A DNA stretch of 64,000 nucleotides from assembly GCA_965203115.1 (NCBI GenBank), contig OZ241859.1, positions 817,964 to 881,963 on the forward strand, in the 5' to 3' direction. Position numbers and translations under genes: made by a program. The DNA is from Tepidiformaceae bacterium (GTDB lineage: Bacteria; Chloroflexota; Dehalococcoidia; Tepidiformales; Tepidiformaceae). The notes beneath the pieces were generated by a model. It ran no database searches. It was not told where the DNA came from and saw nothing but the letters and a program-made list of their open reading frames with translations. Numbering within the stretch: position 1 is the stretch's first letter; the number at the start of each line of letters is the position of its first letter. Positions 16,265 through 24,227 of this stretch are shown piece after piece.

Positions 16265-18157
16265 TCAGTTGCCCCCGCCGGAGGCGGCGGCTGGCGGCGG
16301 GTCGCTGCGGACGACGAGCGGGGTGAGCGGGGGCAGGCCGCCGGCGAACAGCTCGGCGAAGGGGCGATTCACGGAGTCCGGCGCGCCCGTGGTGTACGAG
16401 ACCCACTCGCCCTCGTTCAGCGCCCAGGCGGCGGACAGGGCGTGCTCGCGCGCGCACTCGGCCAGCCCCTCCACGCCGCCGCCCTCGTAGAGCACGAGGC
16501 TGAAGCCCCCGGCGACCTCGCCCCGCAGGCAGCCGGACCAGTCCGCGGGCGTGGCGAGCGCGCCCACCGGGTCCTCGCTCGCCGGTCCCTCGCTCGCCGC
16601 AACCAGCGGCGTGAGCGAGGGCACGCCCTCGGGGTAGAGCGCCGCGAAGGGCTCGTTGACGAAGCCCGGCGCTTCGGGGAGGTAGGCGACGTAGCGGCCC
16701 TCGTGCAGGGCGTAGAGGCCCCGCACGCCCCGGCTCTCCGCGCAGGCCGCCAGCTCCTCGACGCTCCCGCCCTCGAAGACGAGGAGGCTGAAGCCCGCCG
16801 CCAGGGCGCCCTTCAGGCAGTGCCCCCAGGACTCCTCGGCGGTGACCTCCAGAGCCACGCGGTAGACGCGCGTGCGGCTGCCGTCCGCCGACGTGACGGT
16901 CACGGTGATCTCCGGGACGCCATCGAGCGCGACCTGGTGGCCCGCGGTCCGCCGGTGGGTATCGGGCGGCTCGACCACGACGGTGGTCCGCCGCTGCGCC
17001 GCCTCGGCGGTCACGGTGGTCGTCGTCACCCCCTCGCCGGGTACGCCCGCGTACTCCGTGCGCAGCGGCGAGAACGCGCCGATCGCGACGCCCTCCAGCG
17101 CGAGCGAGGCGAGGCGCGCGTCGATGGCGTCGGGCATGTTGTAGGTGTAGACCTTGCCGTCGTTCGCGTCTGCGACGTACATGAGGGCGCCGTCGGACCA
17201 GATGCCGCGCGGGCTGTTGTTGCCGACGCGGCCGAGCTCCGTGAAGTCCTCGTCCCCGACCCGCTCGAGGCTGGCTCCCTCACCTGCCGCTTCAACCTCC
17301 TCGCGGGCAGGGAGGCGGTAGGCGAAGAGGCGCGGGGGACTCGAGGGGTCGGAGACCCAGAGCGTGACGCCGTCGGACCAGATGCCCCGGGGGGAGCCGT
17401 TGGCGGGGTCGAGCGCGTACTCGGCGAGGAGGGCGCCGCTCTCGAGGTCGTAGGCGAAGACGGCGTTGCGGCGTTCATCGAGGACCCACATGGTCTTGCC
17501 GTCGGACCAGATGCCACGGGCGTCGGCGTTGCGCTCGCCGAGCTCGATGTCACGGTCCGCGAGGCGCTCGCCGCTGGTGAGGTCGTAGGCGAAGAGGCGC
17601 TCGCGGCCGCTGTCGCCGACCCACGCGCGCCCCTTGCCATCGGACCAGATGCCGCGGGGCGCGCGGTTGCGCTCGTCCAACTCGAACTCGCGCTCCTCGA
17701 CGCGCTCACCCGTCTTCAGATCGTAGACGTAGGCGGCGTCGGCGGCGCCGTCGGCGTTGTGGAGGAGCCAGAGCACTGCCCCGTCGGACCACATCCCGGT
17801 AGGCGTGCCGTGATCACCGTCCAGCGCCTCGATGTCGTGCTTCGCGGTCCACTCGAAGTCGGCCTCGCTCGGCCGGGGAGGGGCCGTGATGGCGGGCCCG
17901 ACCGGCGGCTGTGGCTGGTCCGGCGGCTCCGGGTCCACGTTGTTCTCCGGGGGGTCCGGCGGCTCCGGGTCCACGTTGTTCTCCGTGTTCTCGGTGTTCT
18001 CGGTGTTCTCGGTGTTCTCGGTGTTCTCCGGGTGGTCCGGATGCGCGAACGCCTGCTGGGGCAGCAGCAGGGCCAGGCCGAGGGCCGCCGTCGCAAGCGC
18101 GAGCAGCAGGGCCGGAGCGGGGGAACGCCGGGAGAGGAAGGAGGAGGCCCGCCGCAC
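16265..18157 (-). CDS. Secreted multi-domain repeat protein (signal peptide, acidic ENT/PEPP linker, five GIWSDG repeats, cadherin-like beta-sandwich, two paired-Cys C-terminal domains)
   Basis: GTG start at 18157 with RBS gggagg. The signal peptide is ...ALLLALATAALGLALLLPQQAFA. Five roughly 45-50-aa repeats are centred on (P)RGIWSDG..(L/M)WV.D....(F/Y)AY.L. The segment LASLALEGVAIGAFSPLRTEY...ITVTVTSADGSRTRVYRVAL is cadherin-like. Two homologous C-terminal modules run W..CL(K/R)G...GFSL(L/V)..EGG.VE.LA.CA. Confidence 0.8.
   Translation of the reverse strand: MRRASSFLSRRSPAPALLLALATAALGLALLLPQQAFAHPDHPENTENTENTENTENTENNVDPEPPDPPENNVDPEPPDQPQPPVGPAITAPPRPSEADFEWTAKHDIEALDGDHGTPTGMWSDGAVLWLLHNADGAADAAYVYDLKTGERVEEREFELDERNRAPRGIWSDGKGRAWVGDSGRERLFAYDLTSGERLADRDIELGERNADARGIWSDGKTMWVLDERRNAVFAYDLESGALLAEYALDPANGSPRGIWSDGVTLWVSDPSSPPRLFAYRLPAREEVEAAGEGASLERVGDEDFTELGRVGNNSPRGIWSDGALMYVADANDGKVYTYNMPDAIDARLASLALEGVAIGAFSPLRTEYAGVPGEGVTTTTVTAEAAQRRTTVVVEPPDTHRRTAGHQVALDGVPEITVTVTSADGSRTRVYRVALEVTAEESWGHCLKGALAAGFSLLVFEGGSVEELAACAESRGVRGLYALHEGRYVAYLPEAPGFVNEPFAALYPEGVPSLTPLVAASEGPASEDPVGALATPADWSGCLRGEVAGGFSLVLYEGGGVEGLAECAREHALSAAWALNEGEWVSYTTGAPDSVNRPFAELFAGGLPPLTPLVVRSDPPPAAASGGGN
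17917..18029. repeat. In-frame coding tandem repeats: 36-nt unit x2, then 9-nt unit (gtgttctcg) x5
   Basis: ggtccggcggctccgggtccacgttgttctcc occurs at 17917 and 17953. gtgttctcg/gtgttctcc occurs five times across 17985-18029. These encode ENNVDPEPPD x2 and (ENT)5. Confidence 0.9.
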
Positions 18158-18308
18158 GGCTAGCCTCCCGGCGGGGGAGGGGGAAGGGTGAGGGCGAAAG
18201 GTTCGGAGGGGCGTCGCCCGCGCGGGTTCGGGGGCAACGCGAGCCGCCGGACCCAGGCCCGATCCGTTCGAGCGACAGGAGTCATGCCCGGGTATCCCAC
18301 GATCACCA

Positions 18309-19541
18309 TCACCGGTGCGTCACGCGCCGCGCTTGACTCCTGCTCGCCTCCTTGCGGCTCAGTCGGTAGCGCGTGATGCCGGCAGCGAGCGTGGCGATGG
18401 TAACGACGAGGGCGATCATTCCCGCGGACACGCCTGCGTCCTGGCCGTTGACCAGTCCGGCGTTGCCTGTGTCCGGGACGGCAGGGGCTTCGGCGCTGGC
18501 GGCCACGATGGTGAGGGTTGCCGTCGCGACCCGGTCTTGCACGCCGCCGCCCAGCCCCACGGTGCCGCAGGGCGCCACGCCGTCCTCCGGATAGTCCCCC
18601 TCGGGGCCGGCCCAGCACGAGATCGCGACCAGTTCGTGGTCGCCGGCCGGCAGATCGTCGGGCAACACCAACGTCGCGGTGAACGCGCCGTCGGGCGTGA
18701 TGCCCGGAGGGTCGATGTGGATGTGCTCGGCGATCCACTGGCCCGATTCAGAGTACCTGCCGGGATGGAGCGAACTCGACTCGGGCTCGACGCTCGCCAC
18801 GCCTGCAATCGGCACGCCGCCGATCGTGATGGTCGAGCTGTAGATGAAGGAGCCTTCCTCTTCCACCCGGAAACCGGAGCCCTCGACCGTGATGGTGTCG
18901 CCCGGCCGCGCCTCGCTCACGCTCAGGGTCAACTGCGCTCGCGGTTCCTCGTCGTCGCCCTCCGCCCGGGCTGAGCCGGGCAGAATGGTGAGGGTTGCGG
19001 TTGCAACGCGGTCCCTGACGCCGCCGCCGAGGCCAACCGTGCCGCAGGGCGCGACGCCGTCCTCGGGGTAGTCCCCGTCGGGCCCGGCCCAACACGAGAC
19101 CGCGACCAGGTCGTGGTCGCCGGCCGGCAGATCGTCGGGCAGCACCAACGTCGCGGTGAACGCGCCGTCGGGTGTGGTGCCCGGAGGGTCGATGTGGATG
19201 TGCTCGGCGATCCACTGGCCCGATTCAGAGTACCTGCCGGGATGGAGCGAACTCGACTCGGGCTCGACGCTCGCCACGCCTGCAATCGGCACGCCGCCGA
19301 TCGTGATGGTCGAGCTGTAGATGAAGGAGCCTTCCTCTTCCACCCGGAAACCGGAGGCCTCAACCGTGATGGTGTCGCCCGGCCGCGCCTCGCTCACGCT
19401 CAGGGTCAACTGCGCTCGCGGTTCCTCGTTGTCGCCCTCCGCCCGGGCTGAGCTGGCAGGGACCGTCAGCGCCGCGGTCAGCATCGCGGCCAAGGCCAGC
19501 AGCCAGGTCAGGACGCGGGCTGGCCGCACCGGTAGTCGCAT
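18309..19541 (-). CDS. Secreted/surface protein with two tandem 159-aa domains and a C-terminal sorting-signal-like tail
   Basis: ATG at 19541 with RBS aggagag. The signal peptide is MRLPVRPARVLTWLLALAAMLTAALTVPASSARA. The C-terminus is AVPDTGNAGL...VSAGMIALVVTIATLAAGITRYRLSRK, that is an LPxTG-like motif followed by a TM helix and a basic tail. Confidence 0.8.
   Translation of the reverse strand: MRLPVRPARVLTWLLALAAMLTAALTVPASSARAEGDNEEPRAQLTLSVSEARPGDTITVEASGFRVEEEGSFIYSSTITIGGVPIAGVASVEPESSSLHPGRYSESGQWIAEHIHIDPPGTTPDGAFTATLVLPDDLPAGDHDLVAVSCWAGPDGDYPEDGVAPCGTVGLGGGVRDRVATATLTILPGSARAEGDDEEPRAQLTLSVSEARPGDTITVEGSGFRVEEEGSFIYSSTITIGGVPIAGVASVEPESSSLHPGRYSESGQWIAEHIHIDPPGITPDGAFTATLVLPDDLPAGDHELVAISCWAGPEGDYPEDGVAPCGTVGLGGGVQDRVATATLTIVAASAEAPAVPDTGNAGLVNGQDAGVSAGMIALVVTIATLAAGITRYRLSRKEASRSQARRVTHR
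18499..19452. repeat. 477-bp tandem duplication (x2) inside the CDS
   Basis: The landmark cccgggctgagc occurs at 18965 and 19442, an offset of 477. Positions 18702-18879 are identical to 19179-19356. The flanks toward the low-coordinate side of each unit are clearly more diverged. Confidence 0.9.
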
Positions 19542-19643
19542 ACGTACTCTCCTGTCGTAGCCGTGTGACTGAATCGCATTTTCCTGCACTGGCCGGCAAC
19601 CGTGGGTGTGCGTCCGTGTAGGTCTTTGTGCAGTTGAGTATGG

Positions 19644-19845
19644 GCGATCCACGGATGAACTCAGGGCGAAGTCTTGCCTCGATTCAATGAAGCAGTGATG
19701 AATTCCGCCCCGAACGCTAGATTCATCCCCACACAGGCCCGTTCCCGGGGGGGTGACGAGTTGGAGAACGCCGACCAACGGCCCCCGGGAGCGGAGCCCC
19801 CGGGAGAGCGCCCGCTCCCTGACCGACGCGCCCTACGCCGTGATC
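19644..19845 (+). repeat. Copy A of the conserved intergenic module plus a decayed 5' stub of a kinase paralog
   Basis: It aligns to 21381-21669. The ATG is replaced by TTG, and about 83 nt are missing between two GGAGA microhomologies. Similarity stops at 19845, just before the stop of the minus-strand oxidoreductase gene. Confidence 0.8.
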
Positions 19846-19861
19846 GCCAGGGCCACTCTCT

Positions 19862-21235
19862 TCATGGTGACAAGTCTCCTCTCTGGGACTGTCCTCCAAC
19901 TTTCAGCAGGCCCAGGGCCTCTTCAGCCGCGGCAAGGCCGCTGGCCAGGGCTCCGTTGACCAGGGGAACTCGCGTGTAATCGCCCGCCAGGAAGAGGTTG
20001 GGGATTTCCTGTCCGAGCTCGCGGCGGCTGTTCGCCACCGCCTTGAACATCCCCGGCGGCCCCTTGCACACCGCGATCTTCCACCGGTAGACGCGCGTGA
20101 ACAGCCCGTCGTCGTCGCCCGGAAAGGCCGAACCGGGCGGCGGGTTTCGGCGAATGTCCCGCAGCAACTCGCGCTTGACCTCCTCATCGTCCAGTTCCAG
20201 CAGTTGCTTTGCGCGCTCGCGCCCCGCGATCAGGTCCAGCATGCTCTTGCCCGGTGGCACGCAGCCCGGCAGGTTGATGGACCGGTCCAGCACCAGGGGA
20301 GTCTCGTCCTGCGGGTAGATTGCGCCGTGCCAGCCGGGGGGAAGCGGCGGACGGTCCAGTCCCATCACCAACCGGCACGCGGAGGAGTAGGTGACGTTGC
20401 CCAGCGTCTCCCGGACCCTTTGTGGAAGGCCGGGGATGATCTCCAGCGCGACCGGAGCGGGAACCGCGCAGATAACCGCGTCGGCCTCGATGGTCTCGCC
20501 GTCGATCACCACGCCCGCCACGCCCCCCTCCCCGACGAGTACCTCCCTCACAGGCGTCGAAACGCGGGTGACGTCTGCGCACGCATCGCGCAGGGCGCGG
20601 GCAAGTGCGCCCGCCCCCTTCTCCGGCTGGATGAGCTTGTGCGGTCGCAGAAGCGTGTTGGCCAGGTACCCCCTGATGTACGCCTGGCTGGAGGAAGCGA
20701 CATAGTCCAGCACGCCATTCTCGACGAACCCGCTGAGCGTGACCCGGAGAGACTCGGACGCGCCCGTCTTCTCCAGGTACTCGCCGAAGGTCTCATCTCC
20801 GTCGATCTCGGCCAGGCGGCTGTTGCTGGCGAACGTCAGGTAGTCGGCCTGGCGAAAGACCTTATGGATCAGCTTCATCGCCCCCCAGGACAGCAGTCCC
20901 ATGTTCGCAAACGCGCTCAGGTTGCTGAGCACGCCGGGAATGGACGGAGCAGCCGTGGTTACATGCCACCGTCCGTCTTTGTACCAGCCGAGCTTCTGGA
21001 TCGAGGGGACCAGTGGCACGCCTAACTCCTCGCAGATGCGAAACACCGCGTCGTAGGAGTAGCAGAAGAAGTCCACCCCCGTATCGATGAGACACCCGTC
21101 CACCTCGTCGGCCGCAAGCCGCCCACCGACATGATTCTCGGACTCCAGGAGCAAAGCATCGACACCACGCTTCTTCAACGTGTATGCCGCGCCCAGCCCG
21201 GCTGCGCCCCCGCCGACTATGATGACCCGCTTCAT
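19862..21235 (-). CDS. FAD-dependent oxidoreductase (amine oxidase/phytoene desaturase-like family)
   Basis: The dinucleotide-binding N-terminus is MKRVIIVGGGAAGLGAAYTL and the C-terminus is FLAGDYTRVPLVNGALASG. The start was chosen at ATG 21235; the track start at 21328 is the alternative. Confidence 0.8.
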   Translation of the reverse strand: MKRVIIVGGGAAGLGAAYTLKKRGVDALLLESENHVGGRLAADEVDGCLIDTGVDFFCYSYDAVFRICEELGVPLVPSIQKLGWYKDGRWHVTTAAPSIPGVLSNLSAFANMGLLSWGAMKLIHKVFRQADYLTFASNSRLAEIDGDETFGEYLEKTGASESLRVTLSGFVENGVLDYVASSSQAYIRGYLANTLLRPHKLIQPEKGAGALARALRDACADVTRVSTPVREVLVGEGGVAGVVIDGETIEADAVICAVPAPVALEIIPGLPQRVRETLGNVTYSSACRLVMGLDRPPLPPGWHGAIYPQDETPLVLDRSINLPGCVPPGKSMLDLIAGRERAKQLLELDDEEVKRELLRDIRRNPPPGSAFPGDDDGLFTRVYRWKIAVCKGPPGMFKAVANSRRELGQEIPNLFLAGDYTRVPLVNGALASGLAAAEEALGLLKVGGQSQRGDLSP

Positions 21236-21320
21236 GTCCGAAGCCGCGGGGACGGCGCGTCCGTGCCGCCGGAGCCGCGGAGGTTCTTCAGGAAAGTCAG
21301 TGCGCGCATACAGGTGTCCC

Positions 21321-21475
21321 TCGGCCACGTTTGCCCGGCCCGTGGGGCGTACTCGCGAACTGCAACCGGCGAATCGTCTAGCGATCGATGAATGAACTCA
21401 GGGTGAAGTCTTGCGCCGATTTGATGAAGTAGTGATGAATTCCGCCCAGAACGCTAGAATCATCCCCGGGCAGGC
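21321..21475 (+). repeat. Copy B of the conserved intergenic module (between the oxidoreductase and the fused kinase/regulator gene)
   Basis: It aligns over its full length with copy C (25430-25585) and over its right half with copy A. Stop codons occur in several frames. Confidence 0.85.
21422..21460 (+). promoter_or_regulatory. Putative promoter with 11-bp-phased direct repeats (TGATGAA-N4-TGATGAA) overlapping the -35 position and a TAGAAT -10-like hexamer
   Basis: TGATGAA occurs at 21422-21428 and 21433-21439, and TAGAAT at 21455-21460, 15 nt after the second repeat. The RBS aggggagg and ATG 21502 follow. GATGAA-N5-GATGAA and TAGA(A/T)T are retained in copies A and C. Confidence 0.4.
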
Positions 21476-21501
21476 ACGTACGTTCCCAGGGGAGGTGACG
21501 A

Positions 21502-23874
21502 ATGGAGAACGCCGACCAACGGGCACCGGGAGCGGAGCCGCCGGGAGACCGCCTCTCCCGCCTCAGCCAGGCCAGCCTCCGCATCAACGAGAGCCTGGAC
21601 GTGGACACGGCCCTCCAGGCCGTGATGGAGAGCGCCCGCTCCCTGACCGACGCGCCCTACGCCGTGATCATCACCCTGGACGCGTCGGGCGCGGTCGAGG
21701 ACCACCTCGTCCTGGGCCTCGAACCCGACGACGTGGAGCGGCTGTGGCAGGCGCCCCAGGGGAAGCTCTTCTTCGAGTACCTCAACGCCCTGCCGGGTCC
21801 GCTGCGGGTGGGACACCTGGAGGAGTTCACGGGGTCCATCGGTCTCGGGGAGTTCCGCTCGCCCGTCAAGCTCACCGCCTTCATGGCGGCCCCGATCCTG
21901 CACCAGGGGGTGCGCTCGGGCCACATCTTCGTGGGCAGCGTCGAGCCGGGACGGGAGTTCTCCCGGGAGGACGAGGAGACGCTCGTGATGTTCGCCTCCC
22001 AGGCGGCCCTGGTCATCGCCAACGCCCGCACGCACCGCGAGGAGCGACAGGCGCGGGCGGACCTCGAGACGCTGGTCAACACCTCGCCCGTGGGCGTCGC
22101 CGTCTTCGACGCCCGCACGGGGGCGCCGATCTCCTTCAACCGCGAGGCCATGCGCATCGTGGACGGGCTGCGGGACGAGGGCCAGAAGCCGGAGGACCTC
22201 CTCGAGGTGCTGACCTGCGTGCGTGCGGATGGCCGCGAGGTCTCTCTCGCGGAGCTGTCGCTGGCGGAGCTGTTCAGGGAGGGGGAGACGGTGCGGGCGG
22301 AGGAGATCGTGCTGCGCGTTCCGGACGGACGCAGCATCACCATCCTGCTCAACGCGACCCCGATCCGCGCCGAGGACGGCGAGCTGGCTTCCTTCGTCGT
22401 CACGCTCCAGGACATGAAGCCGCTCGAGGAGCAGGAGCGGCTGCGGGCCGAGTTCCTGGGCATGGTGAGCCACGAGCTGCGCATGCCCCTGACCTCCATC
22501 TGGGGCTCGGTGATGGCGATGTTGGAGTCGCCGGAGGCCGACCCAGCCGTGCTGCGCCAGTTCCAGCGGATCGTCCTCGACCAGGTCGGCGGCATGCGCA
22601 CCCTGATCGACGACCTGCTGGACGTGGCCCGCATCGAGACGGGCGCGCTGCCGGTGGACCCGGAGCCGGCGGAGGTGGCCGTGCTCGTGGACCGGGCCAG
22701 GAACGCTTTCGCCAGCGCCGGGGGCCGGAACGAGCTCGCCCTCGAGGTGGAGCCGGACCTGCCCCTGGTGATGGCCGACCGCAGGCGCATCGTCCAGGTC
22801 ATCGGCAACCTCCTGTCCAACGCGGCGCGGCACTCTCCGGAGTCGTCCGTCATCCAGGTGTCCGCCGTGCGCGAGGGCGGTCACGTCGAGGTCTCGGTGA
22901 CCGACCAGGGCCGGGGGATACCCGCCGAGGACCTGCCGCTGCTGTTCCGCAAGTTCTCCCGCCGGGAGGACAGCGACGTGGGGGGCGACACCGGCCTCGG
23001 GCTCGCCATTTGCAAGGGCATCGTGGAGGCCCACGGGGGCCGCATCCGGGCCGAGAGCGACGGGCCCGGCCTGGGAGCGCGGTTCGTCTTCACCCTGCCG
23101 GTGGTCGAGGGGGCCGGTCCGGCCCGCCGCCCCGCCGCCCGCGAGCGGGACGAAGGTCAGTCGGCGGGAACGGTCCTGGTGGTGGACGACGACCCCGTCG
23201 TGCTCAGGTCGGTGCGGGAGATCCTCGCCGGCGCGGGCTTCCGCGCGGTGGTGACCGCCGACCCGGAGGAGGCGCTGGCGCTGGTGGCGGAGCACAGCCC
23301 CCGCTTGGCCCTGCTGGACCTGATGCTGCCGGAGCGGGACGGGGTGGAGCTGATGGGGGACATCCTCGCCGCCACCCGCATCCCCGTGATCTTCCTCTCG
23401 GCCTACGGCAGGGAGGAGGTGGTCGCCGGGGTGCTGGAGCAGGGCGCCACCGACTACATCGTCAAGCCCTTCTCGCCCACGGAGCTGGTGGCCAGGGTGC
23501 GGGCGGCCCTGCGCCGCGCCGGGGAGCCGCAGCGCCTCGCTCCCGAGGAGCCCTTCGTGCTGGGCGACCTGCGCATCGACTACGCCACCCGCAGGGTGAC
23601 GGTCTCGGGACGGCCGGCGCCGCTAACGCCCACCGAGTTCGATCTGCTGGCGACGCTCTCGATGGAGGCGGGGCGGGTGGTGCCCCATGACCGCCTGCTG
23701 AGGCGGGCGTGGAGCCCGGGCAAGCCGGGGAACCTGCGCGTGCTGCGCACGCACCTCAAGCACCTGCGCCGCAAGCTGGGCGACGACGCCAGCAACCCCA
23801 CCTACATCTTCGCCGAGCCCCGCGTCGGCTACCGGATGCCGGCGGGCGAGACGGCCCCGGCCGGCGAGCGCTGA
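21502..23874 (+). CDS. Soluble fused two-component protein: GAF - PAS - HisKA/HATPase_c - REC - OmpR-type winged-helix DNA-binding domain
   Basis: 790 aa with no TM segment. The H-box is SHELRMPLTSI and the G-box GLGLAICKGIVEAHGG. The REC domain reads VLVVDDDP...LLDLMLPERDG...KPF. The wHTH reads LTPTEFDLLATL...LRTHLKHLRRKL...VGYRM. Confidence 0.9.
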   Translation: MENADQRAPGAEPPGDRLSRLSQASLRINESLDVDTALQAVMESARSLTDAPYAVIITLDASGAVEDHLVLGLEPDDVERLWQAPQGKLFFEYLNALPGPLRVGHLEEFTGSIGLGEFRSPVKLTAFMAAPILHQGVRSGHIFVGSVEPGREFSREDEETLVMFASQAALVIANARTHREERQARADLETLVNTSPVGVAVFDARTGAPISFNREAMRIVDGLRDEGQKPEDLLEVLTCVRADGREVSLAELSLAELFREGETVRAEEIVLRVPDGRSITILLNATPIRAEDGELASFVVTLQDMKPLEEQERLRAEFLGMVSHELRMPLTSIWGSVMAMLESPEADPAVLRQFQRIVLDQVGGMRTLIDDLLDVARIETGALPVDPEPAEVAVLVDRARNAFASAGGRNELALEVEPDLPLVMADRRRIVQVIGNLLSNAARHSPESSVIQVSAVREGGHVEVSVTDQGRGIPAEDLPLLFRKFSRREDSDVGGDTGLGLAICKGIVEAHGGRIRAESDGPGLGARFVFTLPVVEGAGPARRPAARERDEGQSAGTVLVVDDDPVVLRSVREILAGAGFRAVVTADPEEALALVAEHSPRLALLDLMLPERDGVELMGDILAATRIPVIFLSAYGREEVVAGVLEQGATDYIVKPFSPTELVARVRAALRRAGEPQRLAPEEPFVLGDLRIDYATRRVTVSGRPAPLTPTEFDLLATLSMEAGRVVPHDRLLRRAWSPGKPGNLRVLRTHLKHLRRKLGDDASNPTYIFAEPRVGYRMPAGETAPAGER

Positions 23875-24227
23875 GCGCGGCCCCAGCGCCGCAACGATTC
23901 CGCGCGCTCCCTCGGCTTCGGCGGCTTCACCCTCCCCTCCCCGTAGGGGTGTTCCGCTTGCTCGCGGCGCCCATGCGCCACTGAGGCGCGCGCGCGGGCC
24001 ACACCCGTTGGGGAAGAGCTAGACCCTCCTCCTGTGGTGAATCCTCTGTCTTGGCATGGCGCGGCTCTTCCACGGAACTCATCGGCTGCCGCCATCGCCC
24101 GACCGTCCATCTGTGGGGCCTTCGGTTCCGTTTGCTGTCGGTGTACGGCATATCTGGGCTCAGGCGTGGTAGACCCCAAAAGCAAACTGATCCGATGAGC
24201 CGTTCTGGACTTTCGTCAGCGTGCCTC

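Noticed and set aside
17985-18029. Short perfect direct repeats (also 25149-25274 and 28850-29060) as possible CRISPR arrays
   Set aside because: The repeats are contiguous without spacers, are multiples of 3 nt, and lie in frame inside CDS linkers. No cas genes are present.
18499-19452. Diversity-generating retroelement (template/variable repeat) explanation for the two 477-bp units
   Set aside because: Differences between the units are of all substitution types (C/G, T/C, G/A), not adenine-specific. No reverse transcriptase gene is nearby. Tandem duplication with gene conversion fits better.
21321-21475. The three-copy module as a MITE or small mobile element
   Set aside because: Only a weak 7-nt match (tgcccgg) exists between the ends. 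There are no target-site duplications. Copy boundaries differ between copies and coincide with adjacent gene segments, which points to segmental duplication of a regulatory region.
21411-23690. Very long alternate-frame ORFs, for example 21411..23690 (+), 21460..23295 (-), 1266..2624 (-), 61428..63734 (-), 38691..40286 (-) and 56825..59038 (+)
   Set aside because: They overlap confidently assigned genes and are dominated by Arg/Gly/Pro/Ala runs. They lack family motifs and do not have G/C-rich third positions. These are the expected stop-poor shadow frames of a very GC-rich genome.
23829-24185. 118-aa ORF (-) and other short ORFs in the 23875-24227 spacer
   Set aside because: There are no family motifs, poor codon bias and no RBS. 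The region looks like non-coding, lower-GC island DNA.
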